Assembly: GCA_030152145.1 (NCBI GenBank)
Contig: JASLIL010000025.1
Location: 34,528-98,527, forward strand
DNA length: 64,000 nucleotides
Direction: 5' to 3'
DNA from: Tissierellales bacterium
GTDB taxonomy: Bacteria; Bacillota; Clostridia; Tissierellales; JASKZW01
Shown here: positions 39,834 through 49,154 of the stretch, in pieces
Position numbering within the stretch: the first letter of the stretch is position 1
Layout of the letters: every line of letters starts with the position of its first letter
Program-made: the position numbers and the translations under genes
Notes under the pieces: generated by a model
Database searches by the model: none
What the model saw: the letters and a program-made list of their open reading frames with translations, nothing else
Told to the model about the DNA's origin: nothing

Positions 39834-41522
39834 ATGGACTTTAAAGAGAAATATAATTATTGGTTAGAGGATGACTTTTTTGATGAGGAAACCAAGAAGG
39901 AGCTGGAATCTATTAAGGATGATCCTAAGGAAATCCAGGAAAGATTCTATCAGGATTTAACATTTGGTACTGCTGGACTAAGAGGAAAATTGGGAGCAGG
40001 AACAAATAGGATGAATAAATATACAGTAGCCCGTGCCAGCCAGGGACTAGCAGAAACTATAGTTAGTCATGGTAGTCATGCTATGGAAAAGGGTGTTGCT
40101 ATAGCCTATGATGTAAGACATAGGTCCAAGGAATTTGCAGAAATAGCTAGTAGGGTTTTGGCTGCCAATGGAGTCAAGGTTTACCTTTTTGATGATATAA
40201 GACCGACCCCAGTTCTTTCATATACAGTAAGAAAGCTTTCAACTATGTCAGGTATTGTTGTAACTGCCAGCCATAATCCAAGAGACTACAATGGCTACAA
40301 GGTTTATTGGGAGGAAGGTTCACAGATTTTAGACAGTGTAGCAGATGATATACTTAAGAATATAAGTAAACTGGACTATAAGGACCTGAAGCTTGTAGAC
40401 CTGGAAGAAGGCCTTTCTAGTGGAAGGATCCAGTATATATCCAGCGAGATAGACCAAGACTATATGGACGATATAGAGAGCTTAAGTATAAATGAAGATA
40501 TAGACAAAGATATAAAAATAGTATATACTCCATTGAATGGAACAGGAAATAAGTTTGTAAGAGAGATCCTAAAAAGAAGGGGCTTTAATAAGGTCTATGT
40601 TGTAGAGGAACAGGAGAATCCTGATCCAGATTTTACTACAGTAGGCTACCCAAATCCAGAGGATGTAAAGGCCTTTGACTACTCTATTAGATTAGGTAAG
40701 AAGGTTAAGGGAGATATACTGATAGCTACAGACCCAGACTGTGATAGATTGGCCTGTATGATTAAAGATGCAGATGATGAATATGTATCCTTAAATGGTA
40801 ATCAGGTGGGAGCACTTCTAGTTCACTATATACTATCTAGTAGGGATAAACTTGGTAGCCTGCCAGATAGGGGCGCTATTGTAAAAAGTATAGTAACAGG
40901 AGATCTTAGCAAGGCTATAGCCAAAAGGTATGGGGTTGAAACTATAGATACACTTACAGGATTTAAGCATATTTGCGGCAAGGCAAATGAATTTGAAAAG
41001 ACCAAGGAATACAACTTTATCTTTGGTTACGAGGAGAGTATAGGATATAATTATGGAACATTTGTGAGAGATAAGGATGGAGTAGTCTCCAGTATGCTAC
41101 TGGCAGAGATGGCAGGCTACTACAGTAGTCTAGACAAGACTATTTTAGATGTACTTGATGAAATATATGAAGAGTATGGTTATTATTTTGACGAATTAAT
41201 GTCAATATCCCTAGTGGGAATAGAAGGCAAAAAGAGAATAGAAAGAATAATGGACAACTTTAGAAAAGAGCCTATAGAGGAAATTGCTGATATAAAGCTT
41301 GTTAAAACTATAGACTATTTACTAGATGAAACGGGAAATCCAAAGTCCAATGTATTGAAATATTACTTTGATGATGAATCATGGTATGCAGTCAGACCTT
41401 CAGGAACAGAACCAAAAATTAAGATATATATATATTCAAAAGACAAAGATGAAAAGGCATCCAGGGAAAAGATATCACAAATAAAAGCTTCAGTTCTAGC
41501 TAGAATTGAATCCATAAAGTAG
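39834..41522 (+). CDS. Phospho-sugar mutase (alpha-phosphoglucomutase/phosphomannomutase family)
   Basis: Active-site TASHNP, with FGTAGLRG and DPDCDR motifs. Confidence 0.85.
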   Translation: MDFKEKYNYWLEDDFFDEETKKELESIKDDPKEIQERFYQDLTFGTAGLRGKLGAGTNRMNKYTVARASQGLAETIVSHGSHAMEKGVAIAYDVRHRSKEFAEIASRVLAANGVKVYLFDDIRPTPVLSYTVRKLSTMSGIVVTASHNPRDYNGYKVYWEEGSQILDSVADDILKNISKLDYKDLKLVDLEEGLSSGRIQYISSEIDQDYMDDIESLSINEDIDKDIKIVYTPLNGTGNKFVREILKRRGFNKVYVVEEQENPDPDFTTVGYPNPEDVKAFDYSIRLGKKVKGDILIATDPDCDRLACMIKDADDEYVSLNGNQVGALLVHYILSSRDKLGSLPDRGAIVKSIVTGDLSKAIAKRYGVETIDTLTGFKHICGKANEFEKTKEYNFIFGYEESIGYNYGTFVRDKDGVVSSMLLAEMAGYYSSLDKTILDVLDEIYEEYGYYFDELMSISLVGIEGKKRIERIMDNFRKEPIEEIADIKLVKTIDYLLDETGNPKSNVLKYYFDDESWYAVRPSGTEPKIKIYIYSKDKDEKASREKISQIKASVLARIESIK

Positions 41523-41529
41523 ATTATAG

Positions 41530-41559
41530 AAACTCTCCTTTGGAGAGTTTTTATTTTTT
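41530..41559 (+). terminator. Rho-independent terminator
   Basis: AAACTCTCC-TTT-GGAGAGTTT followed by TTATTTTTT. Confidence 0.8.
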
Positions 41560-41579
41560 AAAATTAAAGGAGGCAATTT

Positions 41580-42962
41580 ATGGTAAGGAGAATTAGAAGG
41601 AAGGATTTAGATCAAAATTTTTACAAGGCTATGTTGGCTATAGCACTGCCTATAGCCCTACAAAACCTAATAGCATCAAGTATAAACATGCTAGACACAC
41701 TTATGATAACAAGTTTGGGAGAGGCAAGTTTAGCAGCAGTAGGCCTTGCCAATCAGGTATTTTTCTTTTATTCTGTAACTGTATTTGGAATAGCTACAGG
41801 TTCATCTGTATTTATAGCTCAGTTTTGGGGAAAGAGGGATAGGGAAAATATAAAAAGGGTTCTTGGAGTATCTCTAACAGTGGGACTTATTCTTGGAATT
41901 ATATTTACCGTTGCAGCTATAGCTTTTCCAGAAAATATAATGAGGATCTTAAGTAAGGACAAGGAGGTTATAGAGTTAGGTGCAAGGTATTTAAGGCCAG
42001 TTTCCCTTAGCTATATAGTAACAGCTATAGCCTTTATATACGGAGTGTCATCCCGTGCCATAGGTCAGGCTAAAATGCCTATGCTTGTAAGTATTATTTC
42101 TTTTATAACCAATGCTTTTTTCAACTATGCCCTTATTTTTGGTAAGTTTGGATTTCCGGAATTGGGAATAGAGGGAGCAGCTATAGGAACTGTTATAGCA
42201 AGGGTTGTTGAGCTTGGAATAATACTTTATGTAATATATTCTTCAAGGCTTGAAAATCCATTGGCAGCTAACTTTAAGGAACTTTCAGACTGGAATCCTA
42301 ACTTCCTTAAAAAGTACCTAAAGACAACATCACCAGTTATCTTAAACGAGGGACTGTGGGCCCTTGGAAATGTTCTTTACTCCATAGCCTATGCCAAGGC
42401 AGGAGTAGTGGCAGCAGCTGCAGTTCAAATCCTAACTACAGTGCAAAACATATTTATGGTAATGACCAGGGGTGTTGCCAATGCCTGTACCATAATGGTA
42501 GGAAATCAAATTGGGGCAGGAGATGAGGAAAAGGCCAAGATCTACGCTAGAAAATTCCTCATAATATCTGTAAGTCTGGGACTATTACTAGGCTTCCTCC
42601 TTTATGTAAGCCCTAATTATATCCTAAGATTATTTGGGGATATGACAGAGGAACTACACCAAACCAGCAGTAAGCTAATAAAGGTTCTAGGTATATTCTT
42701 TGTAGTAAAGGTCTTTAATGGAACAACAGTAGTTGGTATCCTAAGAGGGGGAGGAGACACTAAGTTTTCAGCCTACCTGGAAATCCTAGCAGTTTGGTTG
42801 GTAGGAGTGCCTATGGCCTATCTAGGGGTTCTAGTGTTTAAGCTACCAGTTCATCTGGTCTTTGCTTCTGTTTTTATGGAAGAGGTTGTAACCTCTATTA
42901 TAGGTTTTAATAGGGTCAAGTCAGGCAAGTGGGTTAAGAATATAATTGACGATATAGAATAA
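41580..42962 (+). CDS. MATE family efflux transporter
   Basis: 460 aa, about 12 TM helices, with the pattern LAIALPIALQNLIASSINMLDTLMI. Confidence 0.85.
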   Translation: MVRRIRRKDLDQNFYKAMLAIALPIALQNLIASSINMLDTLMITSLGEASLAAVGLANQVFFFYSVTVFGIATGSSVFIAQFWGKRDRENIKRVLGVSLTVGLILGIIFTVAAIAFPENIMRILSKDKEVIELGARYLRPVSLSYIVTAIAFIYGVSSRAIGQAKMPMLVSIISFITNAFFNYALIFGKFGFPELGIEGAAIGTVIARVVELGIILYVIYSSRLENPLAANFKELSDWNPNFLKKYLKTTSPVILNEGLWALGNVLYSIAYAKAGVVAAAAVQILTTVQNIFMVMTRGVANACTIMVGNQIGAGDEEKAKIYARKFLIISVSLGLLLGFLLYVSPNYILRLFGDMTEELHQTSSKLIKVLGIFFVVKVFNGTTVVGILRGGGDTKFSAYLEILAVWLVGVPMAYLGVLVFKLPVHLVFASVFMEEVVTSIIGFNRVKSGKWVKNIIDDIE

Positions 42963-42979
42963 ATAAAAAATTAACAATA

Positions 42980-43022
42980 AAAAGCCAGATCCTTTACTTA
43001 AAGGGTATGGCTTTTCTTTTTT
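42980..43022 (+). terminator. Rho-independent terminator (imperfect stem)
   Basis: AAAGCCAGATCCTTT-ACTT-AAAGGGTATGGCTTT followed by TCTTTTTT. Confidence 0.6.
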
Positions 43023-43082
43023 AGATACTTATCCTAGTAATTTGGTAAGGTTTTCACTGGGAAATATCTCTATATATAATGA

Positions 43083-43111
43083 TTGAATTTGACCTTTTTT
43101 TGTGATATATT
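43083..43111 (+). promoter_or_regulatory. Sigma-A promoter upstream of the nfnAB-like gene
   Basis: TTGAAT (43083-43088), 17-nt spacer, TG-A-TATATT (43103-43111). Confidence 0.45.
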
Positions 43112-43202
43112 AAACACTGATAGCGGATATTTATATATAAAGATTATCTATAACAAATTCAAGATAAATATCAAAAAACCTAGTTAGAAGGAGGAAATAC
43201 TA

Positions 43203-45488
43203 ATGTACAAAATAGTTAAAAAAGAGTTGCTAGCACCAAATATATTCTCATTTGACGTGCATGCACCAAGAGTAGCTGAATCAGCACAGCCAGGACAATT
43301 CGTAATTGTTATCGCTGATGAAAAAGGTGAAAGAGTACCTTTAACAATTTGTGATTATGATCTAGAGAGAGGAACAGTAACTATAGTATTACAGGCTATG
43401 GGATGTTCAACTAAGAAAATGGCTGCTTTTGAAGAGGGCGAATACTTTAAAGACTTCGTTGGACCTTTAGGACAACCTTCAGAATACGTTAACGAAGATT
43501 TAGAAGAGCTTAAAAAACAAAGAATCCTGTTTGTAGCAGGTGGAGTTGGAGCAGCACCAGTTTATCCTCAAGTTAAGTGGTTCCATGACCATGGAATGGA
43601 AGTAGACGTAATAGTAGGAGCTAAAACAAAAGATCTTATAATCCTAAAAGAAAAGATCGAATCAGTAGGTAACTTATACATAGCGACAGATGATGGTAGC
43701 TACGGTTTCAATGGTATGGTAACAGGAAAAATTGAAGAACTAGTTAAAGAAGAAGGAATTAAATACGACAAGGTTATATCAGTTGGTCCTATGATCATGA
43801 TGAAGTTCGTATGTAAGCTAACAGAACAGTTAGGAATTCCTACAGTAGTAAGCTTAAACCCTATAATGGTAGACGGTACAGGAATGTGCGGAGCTTGTAG
43901 GGTAACTATAGATGGAGAAACTAAGTTTGCTTGTGTTGACGGACCAGAGTTCGACGGACACAAGGTAGACTTTAACGAAGCACTACAAAGACAAGGACAA
44001 TACAAGTCAGTAGAATGTAAGCAAGAGCCAGTTAATGCTCCAGGATGTAAAGTATCTGAAGCAGCTGAGGAAGCTGAAACAGATCTATCAAAATTAGATA
44101 GAATGACAAGAACTCCTATAGCAGAACAAGATCCTAAAGTTAGAGCTACTAACTTTGAAGAAGTTTGTTTAGGATATACAGAAGAAGAAGCTATGAGAGA
44201 AGCTAAGAGATGCTTAAACTGTAAGAACAAGCCATGTGTTGGTAACTGTCCAGTAAGCATTGATATACCAAGATTCATCCATCATATAGCAGAAGGTGAA
44301 TTTGAGCAAGCTGCACATGTACTAGCAGAATACTCAGCACTTCCAGCAGTATGTGGTAGAGTTTGTCCACAAGAAGAGCAATGTGAACAAAAATGTGTAC
44401 TTGGAATTAAGGGCGAAGCAGTTGCTATAGGTAAACTAGAAAGATTTGCAGCTGACTGGGCTAGAGAAAATGGTGTTAAAGTAGGAGAAAGAAAAGAAAG
44501 CAATGGTCACAAGGTAGCTGTTATAGGTTCAGGTCCAGCAGGAATCACTTGTGCAGGAGAACTTGCTAAAGAAGGATATGACGTAACAATGTTTGAAGCT
44601 CTACATGAGCCAGGTGGAGTATTAGTATATGGTATTCCAGAATTCAGACTTCCTAAGACAAAAGTTGTAAAACATGAAGTTGAAAACTTAAAGAACTTAG
44701 GCGTTAAAATAGAAACTAACGTAATAGTTGGTAGAACTATAAAAGTAGAAGATCTACTAAATAAAGAAGGATTCGAAGCTGTATTTATAGGATCAGGAGC
44801 AGGACTTCCTAAGTTTATGGGAATCCCAGGAGAAAACAGCAACGGTGTATTCTCAGCTAACGAATTCTTAACACGTAACAACCTTATGAAAGCTTTTGAT
44901 GAGTCCACAGATACTCCAATCAAAGTTGGAGAAAAAGTAGCAGTTATCGGTGGAGGTAACGTAGCTATGGACGCAGCTAGAACAGCTTTAAGACTAGGTT
45001 CAGAAGTATATATAGTATACAGAAGAACTCAAGAAGAACTTCCAGCAAGAGTTGAAGAAGTTCATCATGCAATAGCAGAAGGAATCAAATTTGAATTCCT
45101 AACAAGCCCAGTAGAAATCCATGCAGGAGAAGATGGATGGGTAAACAATATCACTTGCCAAAGAATGGAATTAGGCGAGCCTGATGCATCAGGAAGAAGA
45201 AGACCTCAAGTAATTGAAGGTTCAGAATTTGATATTGAAGTAGATACTGTAATCATGGCTCTTGGTACATCACCAAACCCACTAATCCCAGCAACTACTG
45301 AAGGATTAGAGTTAAACCAATGGGATTGTATCGTAGCAGATGAAGAAACAGGAAAAACTTCAAAAGAAGCTGTATTCGCTGGTGGAGACGCTGTAACAGG
45401 AGCTGCTACAGTAATCCTAGCTATGGGTGCAGGTAAAGATGCTGCTAAGGGTATTGATAAATACATCAAAGAAAAGCACAGTAAATAA
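43203..45488 (+). CDS. Fused NfnA-NfnB-type oxidoreductase: PyrK-like FAD/[2Fe-2S] domain plus GltD-like NADPH-dependent domain
   Basis: 761 aa. Residues 1 to about 270 resemble the ferredoxin-NADP reductase/PyrK family (GMCGACRV...FACVDGPEF). Residues from about 300 to 761 resemble the glutamate synthase small subunit (two Cys clusters, GSGPAG and GGGNVAMD dinucleotide motifs). Confidence 0.85.
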   Translation: MYKIVKKELLAPNIFSFDVHAPRVAESAQPGQFVIVIADEKGERVPLTICDYDLERGTVTIVLQAMGCSTKKMAAFEEGEYFKDFVGPLGQPSEYVNEDLEELKKQRILFVAGGVGAAPVYPQVKWFHDHGMEVDVIVGAKTKDLIILKEKIESVGNLYIATDDGSYGFNGMVTGKIEELVKEEGIKYDKVISVGPMIMMKFVCKLTEQLGIPTVVSLNPIMVDGTGMCGACRVTIDGETKFACVDGPEFDGHKVDFNEALQRQGQYKSVECKQEPVNAPGCKVSEAAEEAETDLSKLDRMTRTPIAEQDPKVRATNFEEVCLGYTEEEAMREAKRCLNCKNKPCVGNCPVSIDIPRFIHHIAEGEFEQAAHVLAEYSALPAVCGRVCPQEEQCEQKCVLGIKGEAVAIGKLERFAADWARENGVKVGERKESNGHKVAVIGSGPAGITCAGELAKEGYDVTMFEALHEPGGVLVYGIPEFRLPKTKVVKHEVENLKNLGVKIETNVIVGRTIKVEDLLNKEGFEAVFIGSGAGLPKFMGIPGENSNGVFSANEFLTRNNLMKAFDESTDTPIKVGEKVAVIGGGNVAMDAARTALRLGSEVYIVYRRTQEELPARVEEVHHAIAEGIKFEFLTSPVEIHAGEDGWVNNITCQRMELGEPDASGRRRPQVIEGSEFDIEVDTVIMALGTSPNPLIPATTEGLELNQWDCIVADEETGKTSKEAVFAGGDAVTGAATVILAMGAGKDAAKGIDKYIKEKHSK

Positions 45489-45508
45489 TAAGATAATATA
45501 TGCTAGTA

Positions 45509-45542
45509 AAAGACAGCAAATTTAATTTGCTGTCTTTGTTTT
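45509..45542 (+). terminator. Rho-independent terminator
   Basis: AAGACAGCAAAT-TTA-ATTTGCTGTCTT followed by TGTTTT. Confidence 0.8.
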
Positions 45543-45560
45543 AATGTAAGGGGGTATTGG

Positions 45561-46919
45561 ATGGAAGATAGGAATCTAACTATAAAAACAGTAATAAAGA
45601 CGGCTTGGCCAGTACTGGTGGAGTTATTCTTGGGAACTCTTTTTGGTATGATAGATATGATGATGCTAGGTAGAATAGTAAATCCAAAGGAGGCTGCTGC
45701 AAGTATAGCCTCGGTGGGCATAACAAATCAGATGGTATTTATCACCTTATCTCTAGTTCAAGCCTTAAATGTTGGTGCCACAGCCATGGTAGCTAGGTAT
45801 GTAGGAGGCAACAGAGAAGATGAGATAGAATCTGTTGTAAGGCATGTTCTCCTCCTAACCCAGGCTCTAATAGTATTACCTATGTTGATTCTTGGTCTAA
45901 GATATGGGGAGAATATAATGAAGTTTCTAGGAGCCCAGTCAGACACAATCCAGTATGGTTCCAGGTACTTTAGGATAATAGTAATAGGACTAGTTTTTCA
46001 AGCCTTTAACTTCTCTATGTATGCAGTTTTAAGAGGTTCTGGAGACACAAAAACTCCTATGAACATAAACTTAAGAGTTAACTTTTTAAATGTTATTGGA
46101 AATAGGATACTAATCTACGGCCTAGGATCTATTCCTAGACTGGGAGTATTTGGTGCAGGTCTATCCACAAGCTTTTCACAGCTAGTAGCCTCCCTACTAT
46201 TAATAAAAAAAATATTGAAAAAAGAAACTATTATAAAAATCAATTTAAGGGAAAGATTCCGCTTTAATAAGAACATAATGTATAATCTGGTTAAAATAGG
46301 AATACCAGCATCCTTTGAACAAATAGTTATAAGGGTGGGGATTATAATATTCACAAGAATAGTATCCTCCCTAGGAACAGTAGCCTATGCAACCCATCAA
46401 ATTTGTTTGAATATCCTAAGCCTATCATTTGTAACAGGACAGGCTCTAGGTATAGCCGCCTCCTCCCTAACAGGAAGAAGTCTAGGAGCTGGCAACAAGG
46501 ATATGGCAGAAGAATACATAAAGGTATGTAATAGGATTGGTAGTGTCTTATCTGGTCTTATAGGTCTTATATTCTTTGTCTTTGGCAGCCAGATAATTGG
46601 CCTTTACACTAAGAATCCTGAGGTAATAGCCAGGGGAGCCAAGCTTTTAAAGATCATAGCTCTGGTTCAACCTTTCCAATCATCTCAGCTAGTTACAGCA
46701 GGAGGTCTAAGAGGGGCAGGAGATACGGTATGGCCTCTTATATCCATGATAGTGACCATCTTATTCCTAAGGGTATCAATGGCCAAGCTATTTGTGGAAA
46801 GGCTGGGAATGGGTCTTATAGGGGCCTGGTATGCCATCTTTATAGACCAATCAGTAAGGTGGGCAATTATAAAGTACAGGTTTAAGACCAATAAGTGGAA
46901 AAATGTAAAAATAAGATAG
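45561..46919 (+). CDS. MATE family efflux transporter
   Basis: 452 aa, about 12 TM helices, with the pattern AWPVLVELFLGTLFGMIDMMMLG. Confidence 0.85.
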   Translation: MEDRNLTIKTVIKTAWPVLVELFLGTLFGMIDMMMLGRIVNPKEAAASIASVGITNQMVFITLSLVQALNVGATAMVARYVGGNREDEIESVVRHVLLLTQALIVLPMLILGLRYGENIMKFLGAQSDTIQYGSRYFRIIVIGLVFQAFNFSMYAVLRGSGDTKTPMNINLRVNFLNVIGNRILIYGLGSIPRLGVFGAGLSTSFSQLVASLLLIKKILKKETIIKINLRERFRFNKNIMYNLVKIGIPASFEQIVIRVGIIIFTRIVSSLGTVAYATHQICLNILSLSFVTGQALGIAASSLTGRSLGAGNKDMAEEYIKVCNRIGSVLSGLIGLIFFVFGSQIIGLYTKNPEVIARGAKLLKIIALVQPFQSSQLVTAGGLRGAGDTVWPLISMIVTILFLRVSMAKLFVERLGMGLIGAWYAIFIDQSVRWAIIKYRFKTNKWKNVKIR

Positions 46920-46930
46920 TTTAGTAAAGT

Positions 46931-46961
46931 AAAACACCTAGGCCAGGCCTAGGTGTTTTTA
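46931..46961. terminator. Bidirectional terminator between convergent genes
   Basis: AACACCTAGGCC-A-GGCCTAGGTGTT, flanked by an A-run on one side and a T-run on the other. Confidence 0.8.
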
Positions 46962-46967
46962 TATGGT

Positions 46968-47849
46968 CTAATACTTTAAATACTTATCCTTTAGTTCTTG
47001 ACCTGCCTCTGTAGCAGCCAAACCACCTAGGGCAGTTTCACGTAGGGCAGAAGGCATTGATTGGCCAACATTATACATACTTTCTACAACCTGGTCAAAG
47101 GGCACTAGGGACTTAACTCCAGCCAGGGCCATATCTGCAGAAATTAGGGCATTGTTTACACCAGATGCATTTCTTAGGGCACATGGAAACTCAACAAGTC
47201 CTGCAACTGGGTCGCATACTAGGCCCAAAATATTTATAAGGGCAAAACTAGCAGCATGTAGACACTGTTGAGGACTTCCTCCAAGCATTTCAACTATGGC
47301 AGAAGCAGCCATACTACTAGCAGCACCACACTCAGCCTGACAGCCACCCTCAGCACCTGAAATAGTAGCATTTTTTGCTATTATCTCTCCTATGGCAGCT
47401 GAATTTAAAAGACCATCAATTAGGGTATCACGATCAAGATCAAACCTATTTTTAACAGTCAGCATGGCACTTGGCATAATACCAGAAGCACCAGCAGTCG
47501 GAGCAGCTACTATCCTACCCATGGAAGCATTTACCTCAGATGTAGAAAAAGCCTTGGCCATAGCCTCAACTGATACATCTCCAGAAACAGTCTTGTTGTT
47601 TCTTCTGTACTCCTCCATTTTCCTAGCATTGCCACCAGTCATACCACTAAGGGAGATTATATCCTCCTCTAGTCCAGCTGTAGCAGATGTGAACATGGTC
47701 TCATATACTTCATATACCTGATCTCTTAAGTCCTCTAGGGCAATCTCTGTTTGGATAATCTCCCTTTCAGCAGCTATTTCAGAAATCTTTTTTCCTTTTT
47801 TATCACATAATTCTAAAAGCTCAGATGCCTTATTAAACATTCTAAGCAC
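46968..47849 (-). CDS. sdaAA: L-serine ammonia-lyase, iron-sulfur-dependent, alpha subunit
   Basis: 293 aa with the patterns AAPTAGASGIMP and GAEGGCQAECG. Confidence 0.9.
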   Translation of the reverse strand: MLRMFNKASELLELCDKKGKKISEIAAEREIIQTEIALEDLRDQVYEVYETMFTSATAGLEEDIISLSGMTGGNARKMEEYRRNNKTVSGDVSVEAMAKAFSTSEVNASMGRIVAAPTAGASGIMPSAMLTVKNRFDLDRDTLIDGLLNSAAIGEIIAKNATISGAEGGCQAECGAASSMAASAIVEMLGGSPQQCLHAASFALINILGLVCDPVAGLVEFPCALRNASGVNNALISADMALAGVKSLVPFDQVVESMYNVGQSMPSALRETALGGLAATEAGQELKDKYLKY

Positions 47850-48513
47850 CTCCTTGTGTACTAATGGACATGATGTTTATAATATTAGGTAATTCCTTCA
47901 TTTCCTCAATAGTCTTATCTTCAAAGTTACTATCAACCTCTATAATCATAGTAGCTATATTGTCATCTCTAGTAACCTTCATGTTACCTATGTTAATATC
48001 TGCATTTGAAACAATAGAGCTTATTCTACTTATAGCACCCTTAGAGTCCTTGTACTTAATAAGCACAGTAGGGTATTTTCCAGTAAATTCTATTTCAGCA
48101 CCGTTAATATCACTAATAATTATGTTTCCGCCTCCAATAGACGAACCAATTATGTAGTAATCATCTCTGTCCTTGTATTCAAAAACCATTTTAACAGTAT
48201 TAGGGTGAACATAGCCCAGATCAGCTTCTTTAAAGATCATGGTCAAACCCCTATCCTTTGCGATTTGCAGGGACTCAATAAGATCCTCATCATCTGGTTC
48301 CATCCCCAGAGCACCTGCAACCAAAGCTCTATCAGTACCGTGACCCCTATAGGTCTTGGCAAAAGAACCGTGTAGGTGAAAGGTTATCTTCTCAAATCCA
48401 GGTCTGGCTATTTCCTTAGCCACCTTTCCTAATCTTGCAGCACCAGCTGTATGGGAGCTTGATGGTCCAATCATAGTAGGTCCAAGAATATCAAAAATTC
48501 TATAGTCCTTCAT
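47842..48513 (-). CDS. sdaAB: L-serine ammonia-lyase, iron-sulfur-dependent, beta subunit
   Basis: 223 aa with GPSSSHTAGA and a C-terminal ACT-like domain. It overlaps sdaAA by 8 nt. Confidence 0.9.
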   Translation of the reverse strand: MKDYRIFDILGPTMIGPSSSHTAGAARLGKVAKEIARPGFEKITFHLHGSFAKTYRGHGTDRALVAGALGMEPDDEDLIESLQIAKDRGLTMIFKEADLGYVHPNTVKMVFEYKDRDDYYIIGSSIGGGNIIISDINGAEIEFTGKYPTVLIKYKDSKGAISRISSIVSNADINIGNMKVTRDDNIATMIIEVDSNFEDKTIEEMKELPNIINIMSISTQGGA

Positions 48514-48524
48514 TTTATACCTCC

Positions 48525-48926
48525 TTAGTTATTTTTTCTATCTTTTAATATTATATAAAAGCCTAACAATATGAGTAAAATAGGGCTTAAGCTAAAGATT
48601 TCCTTGAAAAAATATAGAACCTTAGGCCAAACTCTTCTAAATAGAGAGTAAAGACCAAATAAAATCAAAGCTAAGCCAATAAAAACTTTATTATTTGAGT
48701 TTCCCTTGTAGCTAAAATTGTCATAGTAATAATCCGATTCCTCTGGAAGAATTATAGAAGAAACTATATAAAGCAGCATTCCAGGACTTCCAGGTAATAG
48801 TATAAATAGAAGCCAAAAGAGTCTGATCATAGTAGGATCAACACCAAAAGCCTCCCCAATACCGCCGCAAACTCCAGCGATCATTCTATTACTTGTAGAT
48901 CTATACAATTTTCTTTTCATTTCCAA
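48525..48926 (-). CDS. PspC domain-containing membrane protein
   Basis: LYRSTSNRMIAGVCGGIGEAFGVDPTMIRLFWLL matches the PspC N-terminal domain. Additional TM helices follow. Confidence 0.8.
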   Translation of the reverse strand: MEMKRKLYRSTSNRMIAGVCGGIGEAFGVDPTMIRLFWLLFILLPGSPGMLLYIVSSIILPEESDYYYDNFSYKGNSNNKVFIGLALILFGLYSLFRRVWPKVLYFFKEIFSLSPILLILLGFYIILKDRKNN

Positions 48927-49154
48927 GCCCCCTTTACTATATACATAGTATCAAAAACTAGACAGTTTTTAAATAAATAAATTTAAATTCGGGACCAAAT
49001 AAGATTATACCCAAGATAGGAGAGGATTTAAAATAGAAACATCTTATAGGCATCTTCAGGCCTATAAAGCCTGTAGTAAATTTGTAACCAGCCATAATAT
49101 TCACAAGGCCTATAGTTTGTGATAATATAGGTTAAAGGCCTAAAGGAGGTAGAA

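Noticed and set aside
43100-43117. Rex-box-like TTGTGATATATTAAACAC overlapping the nfnAB -10
   Set aside because: Only about 10 of 14 specified positions match TTGTGAA-N4-TTCACAA, and the right half-site is poor. It is worth a PWM scan but cannot be supported by eye.
43700-44923. Long antisense ORFs (192, 73 and 138 aa) opposite the nfnAB-like gene
   Set aside because: Their products are Ser/Pro/Thr-rich and of low complexity, and they have no RBS. They are the expected by-product of strongly biased sense-strand codon usage that removes stops from the antisense frame. The same applies to the antisense ORFs in the grd, gap, pgk and BMP genes.
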